In this document: in pieces, positions 25,422-35,405 of the stretch
How the letters are laid out: every line of letters starts with the position of its first letter
Numbering within the stretch: position 1 is the first letter of the stretch
Assembly: GCA_036490575.1 (NCBI GenBank)
Contig: DASXDP010000245.1
Location: 792-64,791, forward strand
DNA: 64,000 nt
DNA from: Xanthobacteraceae bacterium
GTDB taxonomy: Bacteria; Pseudomonadota; Alphaproteobacteria; Rhizobiales; Xanthobacteraceae
Direction: 5' to 3'
Notes under the pieces: generated by a model
The model's database searches: none
Seen by the model: only the letters and a program-made list of their open reading frames with translations
What the model was told of the DNA's origin: nothing
Program-made: the position numbers and the translations under genes

Positions 25422-26477
25422 ATGGTGGAACCCTTGCCAGCCCTCGAGACTGATCGCGCCTTCGACGGAGATGTTGCTCGTCCTCCGCTCGTCGACCCGT
25501 TCGGGCGCGAGATTTCCTATCTGCGCGTCTCGGTGACGGATCGCTGCGACTTTCGCTGCGTCTATTGCATGAACGAACATATGAGCTTCTTGCCGAAAGC
25601 GGATTTGCTCACGCTTGAGGAGCTGGACCGGCTGTGCTCGGCGTTCGTGGCGCGTGGCGTGCGCAAGCTTCGCCTTACCGGCGGCGAGCCTCTGGTTCGG
25701 CGCGGGATCATGACGTTGTTTTCGACGCTGTCACGTCACCTCGCTTCCGGGCGCCTTGACGAGCTGACACTCACGACCAACGGCTCGCAGCTTGAGAAGT
25801 ATGCGGCCGATCTCGCCGCGCTCGGGATAAGGCGCATCAATGTTTCGCTCGACACGCTCGATGCGGCGAAATTCCGCGACATCACCCGCTGGGGCGCTCT
25901 AGATCAAGTGCTTGCCGGCATCGACGCCGCGCAATCGGCCGGCCTCCAAATCAAGATCAATACCGTGGCCCTCAAGGGTGTGAATGAGGACGAAGTCCCA
26001 CGTTTGATTGAGTGGGCGCATGGGCGCGGCATGGACTTGACGCTTATTGAAGTGATGCCGCTTGGCGATGTCGGTGAAGGCCGCCTCGACCAATATTTGC
26101 CGCTGTCGATGGTGCGCGGCCGGCTAGCGCAGCAATTTACGCTCGAAGATCTCGATTATCGTACCGGTGGTCCGGCGCGGTACGTGCGCCTCGCCGAAAC
26201 CGGCGGACGGCTCGGCTTTATCACTCCCCTCACCCATAATTTTTGCGAGTCGTGCAATCGCGTGCGGGTCACCTGCACGGGCACGCTCTACATGTGCCTC
26301 GGTCAGACTGATGCGGCCGATCTGCGCAAGCCGCTACGCGCCTCCGAGGGCAACGAACTTTTACAGGACGCGATTGACGAGGCCATTGCGCGCAAGCCCA
26401 AGGGCCATGACTTCGTCATCGACCGGCGTCACCAGAGGCCGGCACTCGCACGCCACATGAGCGTGACCGGCGGCTAG
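25422..26477 (+). CDS. moaA: GTP 3',8-cyclase MoaA (radical SAM)
   Basis: [18 protein letters not shown] radical-SAM cluster, GGEPL, and C-terminal [19 protein letters not shown] auxiliary-cluster motif. The start is taken as ATG 25422, but TTG 25386 is possible. Confidence 0.93.
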   Translation: MVEPLPALETDRAFDGDVARPPLVDPFGREISYLRVSVTDRCDFRCVYCMNEHMSFLPKADLLTLEELDRLCSAFVARGVRKLRLTGGEPLVRRGIMTLFSTLSRHLASGRLDELTLTTNGSQLEKYAADLAALGIRRINVSLDTLDAAKFRDITRWGALDQVLAGIDAAQSAGLQIKINTVALKGVNEDEVPRLIEWAHGRGMDLTLIEVMPLGDVGEGRLDQYLPLSMVRGRLAQQFTLEDLDYRTGGPARYVRLAETGGRLGFITPLTHNFCESCNRVRVTCTGTLYMCLGQTDAADLRKPLRASEGNELLQDAIDEAIARKPKGHDFVIDRRHQRPALARHMSVTGG

Positions 26478-26509
26478 CCCAGGGCGCCTCGCGAAGACGC
26501 CCGCGACGC

Positions 26510-27763
26510 TTACGCCACAGCCGGCACGACCGGCTCGCGGTCCCACGCGCCGACAGCGTCGTACTCCCAGATCCACGCCATGGCATTCACGGCGTCGACT
26601 TTGGCCCGCGTGGTGTCGAACCCTCGCGGATCATAATCGTGCTTGGCGCGCACAATGGACGAGGAAATTCGTTGGACCGCGTGCGCCCGCGGAATGCGGA
26701 CACGGCGGAAATTTTCCATGGCCACCACCGGATCGGCGGGTAACGCAGCGAGCCAACGCGCGAGAATGTAAGCGTCCTCGAACGCCTGGCCGGCGCCGGC
26801 GCCTGCATTCGGCAACATCGCATGCGCCGCGTCGCCAATAAGCTGGATGCGGCCGCGGCCCCAATTCTCGGTCGGCGGGCGAAGGAACAAACCCCATTTC
26901 GAGCAGGTCTTTACCGCATCAAGCAGCGCCGCCAGCCGCGGTTCGGGATCGGGAAAGCTCGCACGCAGCTCTTCCACGTCGCCCGGTGTAGACCAGCCCT
27001 CCTCGACCCATTGCTCGGTGTCTTGCTGGGTAACAATGTTCACAACGTCGCGGCCGCGCAGGTAATAGGCGAAGAAATGCCGGCCCGCTCCCAGCCATTG
27101 AACATGACCCGATGGCTCGAGTACGTCCGCCGGCACACTCGCGCCGGCAGGAAGCGCGCGCCAAACCATCTGCCCGGTATAGGCCGGATGGTCGTCGCCA
27201 TAGAGCGCGCGGCGCACCTGCGAGTGAATGCCGTCCGCGGCAATAACCAGCTCGGCCGCATGGGCGACGCCGTTGGTAAAGTGCAATTCGACGTGTTCCG
27301 CTCCCTCATTCATTTCCGTGAGACGATGCCCGAGATGGACGCGACTGCGATCCACGCCAAGCGCTAACACCTCGACAAGATCGGCCCGATGAAAAGTACA
27401 TAGTGGCGCACCGAACCGCGCTTCAAATTTCGCGTGGTCGCGATAGTCGAGCGCGGCCCCCGAATGCATGTCGCGGGTGAGCACGCCGAGCGCGACATTG
27501 GCCGCAGCAGCGACGGCCTCGCCCAGTCCGGTCGCGCGCAACACCCGGATCGCCTGCGGGCTCACATTGACCCCGGCGCCGATTTCGCCGAGCTGCGGAG
27601 CAGCCTCGAAGACCTCCGCGGCGAAGCCGAATTTGGCGAGCGCCGCTGCCGCCGCCAACCCGGCAAGACCGCCGCCGACGATGGCGATGCTTGGACTTTT
27701 ATTCACCGGCAATCCCGCCGACCACGAAGCTGGACGAGGTCGTGTAGCGAAGTTCGCCGCCAA
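26510..27763 (-). CDS. FAD-dependent monooxygenase (salicylate-hydroxylase-like)
   Basis: IAIVGGGLAGLAAA Rossmann motif, ADGIHS and LIGDAAHAMLPNAGAGAGQAFEDA. The start is uncertain (ATG 27763 or GTG 27706). Confidence 0.88.
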   Translation of the reverse strand: MAANFATRPRPASWSAGLPVNKSPSIAIVGGGLAGLAAAAALAKFGFAAEVFEAAPQLGEIGAGVNVSPQAIRVLRATGLGEAVAAAANVALGVLTRDMHSGAALDYRDHAKFEARFGAPLCTFHRADLVEVLALGVDRSRVHLGHRLTEMNEGAEHVELHFTNGVAHAAELVIAADGIHSQVRRALYGDDHPAYTGQMVWRALPAGASVPADVLEPSGHVQWLGAGRHFFAYYLRGRDVVNIVTQQDTEQWVEEGWSTPGDVEELRASFPDPEPRLAALLDAVKTCSKWGLFLRPPTENWGRGRIQLIGDAAHAMLPNAGAGAGQAFEDAYILARWLAALPADPVVAMENFRRVRIPRAHAVQRISSSIVRAKHDYDPRGFDTTRAKVDAVNAMAWIWEYDAVGAWDREPVVPAVA

Positions 27764-27775
27764 GGGCCATGCCGT

Positions 27776-28537
27776 TCAGTGGCTCTGGAGCACCCTCGCG
27801 GCAGCTTGAAACTCTGCAAGGCGAAATGCACGCCGCTGCATCGCGAGTTCATCCTCGCCCCATTGCGCTATGTTCCAGTCCTCATCGACATGCGCGGCGG
27901 CCCACGCTTCGTCGGCGGAAAGCCGTCCTTTCGCAAGCGCAAGCGCGATCAGCACGGAACCGCTCAAAGTGGTCGCGGCATGCACGGCGCCGAGCCGCCA
28001 CGCGTCTGGTGGAATGGCCACGGCGGCCGCCGCAAGCGCCGGCTCCGGCTGGGCGACGTGGATCACGCCGTCGGTGACCAAAAATTGCGCCCCAAGAGTT
28101 TCCGCCGCCCACTCGACAATCGGATCCCAATGCTGCGACTGCAGCGCGACGAGCTTTTGCGGCGAAGTCGCGCGATAACAAATAAGGTCGGACGCGAGGT
28201 ATTTTTTCACTTCCGCCGTCACCGCACCCGCCCGATCGGAAACACCGTCGATGATGCCGTTGGCAAGTCGCGTCAGCGGCATGGTAGCGGGATCGATCAG
28301 ATCGCCCTGCGCCTGCCATTCGGCGGCGATGGCCTGCGCGAGCGGCGCTGTCGGTGCGGCAAGTATGCGTCCTGCGGGCGTGTGCGCCGGCTTACCATCG
28401 AGGTGCACGCAAAAATCGCTCCCCTCAGCTTTTGTCTCGACCGTCCGATAGAAACGGTGAAGCGCCGGCTTGCGCACGGTGCGCCGGGCGGCTTCGACGG
28501 GGCCGTTGGGATCGGCATTTTCCGGGAAATCAGACAT
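27776..28537 (-). CDS. ATP12 family F1-ATPase assembly chaperone
   Basis: 253 aa. FYRTVETKAEGSDFCVHLDGKPAHTPAGR.L..P...LA.AIA.EW..QGD.IDP..MPLTRLAN is the ATP12/ATPAF2 signature. Confidence 0.88.
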   Translation of the reverse strand: MSDFPENADPNGPVEAARRTVRKPALHRFYRTVETKAEGSDFCVHLDGKPAHTPAGRILAAPTAPLAQAIAAEWQAQGDLIDPATMPLTRLANGIIDGVSDRAGAVTAEVKKYLASDLICYRATSPQKLVALQSQHWDPIVEWAAETLGAQFLVTDGVIHVAQPEPALAAAAVAIPPDAWRLGAVHAATTLSGSVLIALALAKGRLSADEAWAAAHVDEDWNIAQWGEDELAMQRRAFRLAEFQAAARVLQSH

Positions 28538-28902
28538 GCGACGCTTTGCAACTCCGGCTTAAACATAGTGCATGGCACCATGATCGCGCCTCCATCCCGT
28601 GCCGGCTCGTGGCCCGAAACGAAATCTCCAACGTTTTCAAAGTCTTAAATCTATCAGCAGCACTGGCGGCGGTCGGAATGGCCCGCGCGGTGCTCTTCGC
28701 ACTTGCAAACCGGCCTTTCCAGCACCCGACACCCCACAAAACGTTGTTATAACAAGTACAAGCGGTGGAAATCCGATCCTCCCTCGACTAGTATCCGCCG
28801 CCGGATTCGAAGCCGTGACTTAACCGCGGAAGGAATGCCGGTTCGCGCAGCGGATATAAACCGCCTGAGTTAATGCGGGGCGCTGCGTGCAAGAGGAGTG
28901 GA

Positions 28903-30693
28903 ATGAAACCTACCGACATTTCGGTCCCGAGCTACTTCCATAAGGTCGTGGATTGTCAGTGGGCGTGTCCGGCGCACACGCCCGTCCCTGAATACATTCG
29001 GTTGATCGCGGCGGGCCGCTACGGCGATGCCTACTTGATCAATTGGCATTCGAACGTTTTTCCAGGCGTGCTGGGCCGCACCTGCGACCGCCCGTGCGAG
29101 CCGGCTTGCCGCCGCGGCCGCGTCGAGAAAGAGCCGGTCGCGATCTGCCGGTTAAAACGCGTTGCGGCCGACTTCAAGGAGGATATCCGCGCGCGCTTGC
29201 CCCGACCGGCCGCAGCGCAAAACGGCAAACGCATCGCGCTGGTGGGCGGTGGCCCGGCCTCACTCACCGTGGCGCGCGACCTCGCGCCCATGGGTTACCA
29301 ATGTGTCGTGTTCGACCAAGACCCGTTGTCCGGCGGGATGATGCGCACGCAGATCCCGAAATTCCGTCTGCCGGAAAGCGTGCTCGACGAAGAATGCGGT
29401 TACATTCTCGACCTCGGCGTCGAGTTCAACGGCGGCAGGCGTATCGACAGCATGAAAGCGCTGCTGTCTGAGGATTTCGACGCGGTCTTCGTCGGTTGCG
29501 GCGCACCACGAGGCCGCGACCTCGACATTCCCGGACGAAAGGAAGCAGCCAAGAATGTCCACATTGGCATCGACTGGCTTTCCAGCGTCTCGTTCGGTCA
29601 CATCGACAAGATCGGCAAGCGGGTCATTGTGCTCGGCGGCGGAAATACCGCCATGGATTGCTGCCGCTCTTCGCGCCGGCTCGGCGGCGAAGATGTGAAG
29701 GTCATCGTCCGCTCCGGCTTCGAGGAAATGAAGGCGTCCCCCTGGGAAAAGGAGGACGCCATGCACGAGGATATCCCGATCTTCAATTACCTCGTGCCCA
29801 AGGAATTCACTCACGAGAACGGCAAGCTCACCGGCGTCGTGTTCGAAAAGGTCAAGGCCGTGCGCGACGCCAATGGCAGCCGCGACCTCGTGCCGACCGG
29901 CGAGCCGGACGAGCTCATCCCCTGCGACGACGTACTCGTCGCCGTCGGCCAAGAGAACGCGTTTCCCTGGATCGAGCGCGACTGCGGCATTGAATTCGAC
30001 AAATGGAATATGCCGAAGGTCGACGCCAAAACCATGGCGGCGACCAATCCCAAGGTGTTCTTTGGCGGCGACGCCGCGTTCGGACCGAAAAACATCATCT
30101 GGGCGGTTGCGCACGGCCATGAGGCGGCGATTTCTATCGACCGCTTCTGCCGTGGCGAGGATGTCCACGACCGCCCCGACGCCCAAATGGCCATCAGCAG
30201 CCAGAAGATGGGCATCCATGAGTGGAGCTACGACAACGAGATCACGCTGGATAAGCGCTATCGCGTGCCGCACCGGGAAAAGGTGGTGGCATTGCGTGAC
30301 ATCCGGGCCGAGGTTGAGCTTGGCTACGACCCAGATCTCGCACTGAAAGAGGCCGAGCGCTGCCTTAACTGCGACGTGCAGACGGTTTTTACCGGCCAGC
30401 TCTGCATCGAATGCGACGCCTGCGTCGACATCTGCCCAATGGATTGCATTACCTTTACCGAAAATGGCGACGAAGCGGATTTGCGTTCACGCCTTCAGGC
30501 TCCGGCAAAAAATCTCACGCAGGATCTCTACATCGGCAATAGCCTCAAGACCGGCCGCGTCATGGTCAAGGATGAGGATGTGTGCCTGCACTGCGGCTTG
30601 TGCGCCGAGCGTTGTCCTACCGGTGCGTGGGACATGCAGAAGTACCTCATTGACATGACTCTCGCAGAACAAGCATGCCACTCCAGAGCGTAA
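28903..30693 (+). CDS. GltD-like NAD(P)H-dependent flavoprotein fused to a 2x[4Fe-4S] ferredoxin domain (KorC-like partner of KorAB)
   Basis: ATG at 28903. N-terminal Fe-S region (CQWACPAHTPVPEY...GRTCDRPCEPACRRG), FAD/NAD folds (IALVGGGPASL, VIVLGGGNTAMDC), and C-terminal CIECDACVDICP and CLHCGLCAERCP. The 3' end overlaps korA by 19 nt. Confidence 0.85.
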   Translation: MKPTDISVPSYFHKVVDCQWACPAHTPVPEYIRLIAAGRYGDAYLINWHSNVFPGVLGRTCDRPCEPACRRGRVEKEPVAICRLKRVAADFKEDIRARLPRPAAAQNGKRIALVGGGPASLTVARDLAPMGYQCVVFDQDPLSGGMMRTQIPKFRLPESVLDEECGYILDLGVEFNGGRRIDSMKALLSEDFDAVFVGCGAPRGRDLDIPGRKEAAKNVHIGIDWLSSVSFGHIDKIGKRVIVLGGGNTAMDCCRSSRRLGGEDVKVIVRSGFEEMKASPWEKEDAMHEDIPIFNYLVPKEFTHENGKLTGVVFEKVKAVRDANGSRDLVPTGEPDELIPCDDVLVAVGQENAFPWIERDCGIEFDKWNMPKVDAKTMAATNPKVFFGGDAAFGPKNIIWAVAHGHEAAISIDRFCRGEDVHDRPDAQMAISSQKMGIHEWSYDNEITLDKRYRVPHREKVVALRDIRAEVELGYDPDLALKEAERCLNCDVQTVFTGQLCIECDACVDICPMDCITFTENGDEADLRSRLQAPAKNLTQDLYIGNSLKTGRVMVKDEDVCLHCGLCAERCPTGAWDMQKYLIDMTLAEQACHSRA

Positions 30694-32516
30694 ACGACTT
30701 CGTCGTCCGGTTTGCCAACGTCAATGGCTCCGGCTCAGCCAGCGCCAACGAGATGTTCGCGCGTGCGGTGATACGCATGGGCATTCCGGTCGCGCCGCGC
30801 AATATTTTCCCGTCGAACATCCAGGGCTTGCCCACCTGGTACGAGGTGCGCATTTCCGAGTCCGGCCATCTCGGCGCCCGTGGCGGCACCGATCTCATGG
30901 TGGCGATGAACCCGCAGACCTGGGACAAAGACGTCGCCGGCATCGAGCCCGGCGGCTATTTGCTCTACGATTCAACCAAGCCGCTGCCGAAGTCGAAATT
31001 CCGCGACGACATCACCGTGATCGGCGTGCCGCTCACCGCGATCTGCAACCGCGAATATACCGACCCGCGCCAGCGGCAGCTGTTCAAAAACATCATCTAT
31101 CTCGGCGCGCTTTCCGCGTTGCTCGACATGGATGTGGCCGAAATCGAAAAGCTCATTGGCGAACAATACAAGGGCAAGGAAAAGCTGTTCGACGCCAACA
31201 AGCATGCGCTGCACCTGGGTCGCGACTGGGTCACCATGAACGTTGAGCACCCGATCGGCCTGAGGCTCAAGCCGGCGAACGCGGTCGGCGACCGCATCTT
31301 CATTGAAGGCAATTCGGCCGCGGCGCTCGGCGCGGTGTATGGCGGAGCCACCGTCTGCGCCTGGTATCCCATCACGCCGTCGTCGTCGCTCGCGGAAGCG
31401 TTCACGCGCCATTGCAGCCGCATGCGGGTCGATGCGGCCACCAAGAAAAACAAGTTCGCGATCATCCAGGCCGAGGACGAACTTGCCTCGATCGGCATGG
31501 TGATCGGCGCGGCCTGGAACGGCGCGCGTGCCTTCACTGCTACGTCCGGTCCCGGCATCTCGCTGATGCAGGAGTTTCTGGGGCTCGCCTATTTCGCTGA
31601 AATTCCCGCAGTAATTTTTGACGTGCAGCGCGCCGGACCATCGACCGGCATGCCGACGCGCACCCAGCAGACTGACATCATCTCCTGCGCCTATGCCTCG
31701 CATGGCGATACCAAACACGTGCTGCTGTTCCCGGAAGACCCGGCGGAAGCCTTCGATTTCGGGGCGATTGCCTTCGACCTGGCCGACCGGCTGCAAACAC
31801 CGGTGTTCGTGTTGCTCGACCTCGACATCGGCATGAACCATCGGCTCTGCCGCCCGCTAACCTGGGACGACACGCGTAAGTTCGACCGCGGCAAGGTCAT
31901 GACCGCGACCGCTCTGGAGGCCGGCAAGGAATTTGGCCGCTATCTCGACGTCGACGGCGATGGCATTCCTTATCGCACCTATCCGGGCACGCACGCGGCG
32001 CGGGGCTCGTTCTTCACGCGAGGGACCTCGCGCGACCGCTACGCCAAGTACACCGAAGAAGGTCCGGCTTACGCCGACAACATGCAGCGGCTCCTGCGCA
32101 AGTTCGAAACCGCCAAGGATCTGGTGCCGCGGCCGCTGCTGGCAAACGCGCACAAGCCGACCAAATACGGCGTCATCTATTTTGGCTCGACCTCCCCGCC
32201 CATGGACGAGGCGATCGAACTCCTGGAAGCGGACGGCCACGCACTCGACCGGCTCCGGGTGCGCGCCTTTCCGTTCCATTCCAGCGTGACGAGCTTTATC
32301 GGCGAGCACGATTTCATCTTCGTTGTGGAGCAAAACCGCGACTCGCAATTGCGCTCGCTGATCGTCAATGAATGCAATATCGATCCAGTCCGGCTGGTGC
32401 CGATCCTGCATTACGATGGCACCCCGATTACCGCCCGCTTCATCGCCCGCGCGATCGCTGATCACCTCGATGCACTGAAAGTCACGCCGCTGCGCAAAGG
32501 CAAGGTTGTTTCATGA
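30675..32516 (+). CDS. korA: 2-oxoacid:acceptor (2-oxoglutarate:ferredoxin-type) oxidoreductase subunit alpha
   Basis: 613 aa. MPLQSVNDFVVRFANVNGSGSASANEMFARA..RMGIPV..RNIFPSNIQG.PTWYEVR is typical of the fused gamma/alpha KorA of two-subunit OFORs. Confidence 0.9.
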   Translation: MPLQSVNDFVVRFANVNGSGSASANEMFARAVIRMGIPVAPRNIFPSNIQGLPTWYEVRISESGHLGARGGTDLMVAMNPQTWDKDVAGIEPGGYLLYDSTKPLPKSKFRDDITVIGVPLTAICNREYTDPRQRQLFKNIIYLGALSALLDMDVAEIEKLIGEQYKGKEKLFDANKHALHLGRDWVTMNVEHPIGLRLKPANAVGDRIFIEGNSAAALGAVYGGATVCAWYPITPSSSLAEAFTRHCSRMRVDAATKKNKFAIIQAEDELASIGMVIGAAWNGARAFTATSGPGISLMQEFLGLAYFAEIPAVIFDVQRAGPSTGMPTRTQQTDIISCAYASHGDTKHVLLFPEDPAEAFDFGAIAFDLADRLQTPVFVLLDLDIGMNHRLCRPLTWDDTRKFDRGKVMTATALEAGKEFGRYLDVDGDGIPYRTYPGTHAARGSFFTRGTSRDRYAKYTEEGPAYADNMQRLLRKFETAKDLVPRPLLANAHKPTKYGVIYFGSTSPPMDEAIELLEADGHALDRLRVRAFPFHSSVTSFIGEHDFIFVVEQNRDSQLRSLIVNECNIDPVRLVPILHYDGTPITARFIARAIADHLDALKVTPLRKGKVVS

Positions 32517-33568
32517 CATACGTCGTTAAGCCGAAATTCCATCATCCCGACTTGCCGAAGAACGAGCTTGGCTTCACTCATCGAGATTACGAGGGCGCCG
32601 TCTCGACACTGTGTGCCGGCTGCGGCCACGATTCGATATCCGCCTCCATCATCGAGGCCTGCTTCGAGCTGTCGATCGCCCCGCACCGCGTCGCCAAGCT
32701 TTCCGGCATTGGCTGCTCGTCGAAGACGCCGACCTATTTCCTCGGCAACTCGCACGGCTTTAATTCCGTGCACGGCCGCATGCCGTCGGTGCTCACCGGC
32801 GCTAACCTCGCCAACCGCGACCTGATCTATCTGGGCGTTTCCGGCGACGGCGACTCCGCCTCCATCGGCTTCGGCCAATTCGCCCACGCCATCCGCCGCG
32901 GCGTCGACATGGTCTATATCGTGGAGAACAACGGCGTTTACGGCCTGACCAAGGGCCAGTTTTCCGCGACCGCCGATCCCGGTTCGAAATCGAAGCGCGG
33001 CGTGGTCAATACCGACGCCTCCATTGACCTCGTGGCCATCGCCTTACAGGTTGGCGCGAGTTTCGTGGCGCGGTCGTTCTCGGGTGACAAGACCCAGCTT
33101 ACCCCGCTGATCAAGGCCGCCATCGAGCATCGCGGCGCAGCCTTTATCGACGTGATCTCGCCGTGCGTTGCGTTCAACAATCACCCCGGCTCGACCAAGA
33201 GCTTCGACTACGTGCGCGAGCACAACGACGCGGTGAACCGCCTCGACTTCATCACCGGGCGCGCGGCGATCACCGTCGATTATGCGCCTGGCAGCGTCGA
33301 ACTGGTGCAACAGCACGACGGTTCGACCATTGCGCTGCGCAAGCTAGGCGCCGAATACGACGTGCACGACCGCCTCGCCGCCATGCATTTCCTGGCGAAG
33401 CACGCCGCCAAGGGGCAAATCGTCACCGGGCTTCTTTATGTCGCTGAAGAGGCCGATGAACTGCACGACCACCTCAACACCGTGGACGCGCCCCTCAACA
33501 CGCTTGAGGCGTCAGACCTGTGTCCCGGCTCGGCGACGCTCGACAAGTTCAACGCCAGCCTGCGCTGA
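32513..33568 (+). CDS. korB: 2-oxoacid:acceptor oxidoreductase subunit beta (TPP-binding)
   Basis: 351 aa. The ATGA overlap with korA suggests translational coupling. CAGCGHDSI and GVSGDGDSASIGFGQFAHAIRRGVDMVYIVENNGVYGLTKGQ form the TPP GDG-X-NN motif. Confidence 0.9.
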   Translation: MTYVVKPKFHHPDLPKNELGFTHRDYEGAVSTLCAGCGHDSISASIIEACFELSIAPHRVAKLSGIGCSSKTPTYFLGNSHGFNSVHGRMPSVLTGANLANRDLIYLGVSGDGDSASIGFGQFAHAIRRGVDMVYIVENNGVYGLTKGQFSATADPGSKSKRGVVNTDASIDLVAIALQVGASFVARSFSGDKTQLTPLIKAAIEHRGAAFIDVISPCVAFNNHPGSTKSFDYVREHNDAVNRLDFITGRAAITVDYAPGSVELVQQHDGSTIALRKLGAEYDVHDRLAAMHFLAKHAAKGQIVTGLLYVAEEADELHDHLNTVDAPLNTLEASDLCPGSATLDKFNASLR

Positions 33569-33576
33569 CGCCGCCG

Positions 33577-34059
33577 CTAAGCCGCATCCTCGGCGGCTTG
33601 CCTCTTGGCCGCCTCTCCTTCAAACGATGGTTGCAGGCCGCTGCCGGTCTCGATGAAGCTCTTCATGCTTGAGAGCACGGCCGGCCATCCCTTACTGATC
33701 AGCCCGAAAATCTTGCTGCCGTCATCGAAGTCTTCGTGCACGATGGTCAGGCGGGTCTGGTCCTTCAATGGCGCCAGCTCAAAGGTGACCCGCGATGGGC
33801 GCTCGCCCTGCAGATCCTTGTAGAGCGGCGACCAGGCGTAAGAGAGACGCCGCGGCGGATCGCTTTCGATAATCGGATCGTCGTGGACCAACTTTCCTTT
33901 CGGATCGGTCGCAGTCATGTGCTCGCCGGGCTTGCCGCCCGCGGCAACACGAAAGCCGAACCAATACTTCTCGGTGATGTTCGGATCGGTAAGCGCCTGC
34001 CAAACCTTCTCCGGCGTCGAGGCGATGTAGATCACGTAGACGAATTGCGGCTTGCTCAT
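33577..34059 (-). CDS. SRPBCC (AHSA1/START-like) domain protein
   Basis: The start is most likely MSKPQF at 34059, with GGAGA 6 nt upstream. IYIASTPEKVWQALTDPNITEKYWFG and RLTIVHEDF are typical of the Aha1-like SRPBCC family often paired with ArsR regulators. Confidence 0.8.
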   Translation of the reverse strand: MSKPQFVYVIYIASTPEKVWQALTDPNITEKYWFGFRVAAGGKPGEHMTATDPKGKLVHDDPIIESDPPRRLSYAWSPLYKDLQGERPSRVTFELAPLKDQTRLTIVHEDFDDGSKIFGLISKGWPAVLSSMKSFIETGSGLQPSFEGEAAKRQAAEDAA

Positions 34060-34099
34060 CGTCATTCTCCAATTTGCTTGAGGCGGTGGAAGTCGGCAG

Positions 34100-34757
34100 T
34101 CAGGCAGCTACCGCCAGCGCGGCAATGCGTTCCCACGTTGTTGCGATGAAGCTGTCGCGGGCAAGCATGCGATCGAGCCACGCGCCGAGATTAGGGGTGT
34201 TCGCAATCAACACCGGCCATTCCGGCGTCCGGCTGAGAAAGTCGAATTGCGGCGCCACCATCAGATCGGCCAGGCTCACCGCGTCGCCGACGAAATACGG
34301 CTTCCCGCCAAGCAGACGAGACAGCTCGTTGATAACCGCGTGGGCTTTCGGCATCGCCTTTGCGATAGCGGCCTCGTCGGCCGGCTGACCCAACAGGCGC
34401 GGCCGCACGATGCGCTGAAAGCCGATCACATTGCCGACACCCTGGAACAGGTACCAGTCGCAAATATTCATGACCTGATCCATGCGCGCGGCAGCTGCCG
34501 GCGTGCTCGGCGTCAGCGACGGAGCCGCCAGCGCGCGATCGAGGTACCGCAAAATGGCTTGGGTTTCGTAGAGCGTCAGATCGCCATGCTCGAGCACCGG
34601 CACGCGGCCGAATGGATGCCGCGCCAGATGCGGCTCGCGCTTAGCGGTTTCTGGCGTGACTACAGCCAATCGATAATTGGCGCGCTTTTCTTCGAGCGCC
34701 GTAAGACGGCGCGCCCGTAAGGACTGCCCGGAACGCTGTGAACGATGAACTCAGCCA
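34100..34757 (-). pseudogene. glutathione S-transferase gene interrupted by a 1-nt frameshift near the 5' end
   Basis: ATG at 34757 with GGGAGA RBS reads MAEFIVHSVPGSPYGRAVL, then a nonsense tail to TAG at 34659-34661. Another frame reads RLTALEEKRANYRLAVVTPETAKREPHLARHPFGRVPVLEHGDLTLYETQAILRYL... to the stop at 34100. Joined, they give a normal GST N-domain. Confidence 0.7.
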
Positions 34758-34812
34758 TTGTTATTCTCCCGGTCTCATACCCTGACTGGATCTTTACCGG
34801 CGCGGCGCTTCG

Positions 34813-35127
34813 CTAGCGATCGCCCCGTTCCAGATCCCGCTTCATGTCGCTCAGCGCTTCCAGGCGTGAGCGTTCGAACTTTCCAATCCAGCGCTCGGCG
34901 AGCTCATGGATCGGCACTGGATTGAGGTAGTGCAGCTTCTCCCTCCCACGCCGCACGGTAGCGACGAGATTGGCGTTTTCCAGGATCGCCAGGTGCTTGC
35001 TCACCGCTTGCCGCGTCATGTCGAGACGCACGCACAGCTCGCCAAGCGTTTGGCCGTTCTCGGCACGCAGCCGGTCGAGCAGCTCCCTCCTGCTCGCATC
35101 GGCCAGCGCCTTGAAGACATCATCCAT
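34813..35127 (-). CDS. ArsR/SmtB family transcriptional regulator
   Basis: Start MDDVFKALADASRRELLDRL at 35127. Winged HTH LGELCVRLDMTRQAVSKHLAILENANLV. Confidence 0.88.
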   Translation of the reverse strand: MDDVFKALADASRRELLDRLRAENGQTLGELCVRLDMTRQAVSKHLAILENANLVATVRRGREKLHYLNPVPIHELAERWIGKFERSRLEALSDMKRDLERGDR

Positions 35128-35405
35128 GGCGACAATATGCAACCATTTAGTTGCCTGTCAAGCCCAAATAAATCATTGCGGCGCTGAGCGGAGACGTCAT
35201 TTGTTTCGTTCTTTTCGTGCCGTTGATGAGCTGAATAACCGGCCGTTTGGCGCGCGATTATCGCCTATTCACGATTTATGCAGCGGCAGCCGGCGCAGTC
35301 TCCGCTTTCATTTGTGCTTTTATTCTCGAAGAGTTTTCAGCCGCGGACGCACCTCTGCCTTAACTTTCAGATCCCGGCAGAGCGTTTAGTCGAGTGAACG
35401 GCTTA

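Noticed and set aside
28790-28815. ggattcgaagcc, resembling the reverse complement of a tRNA T-loop.
   Set aside because: The adjacent bases cannot form a T-stem (gccgg versus gccgt), and no acceptor or anticodon arms are present. It lies in the divergent ATP12/korC promoter region.
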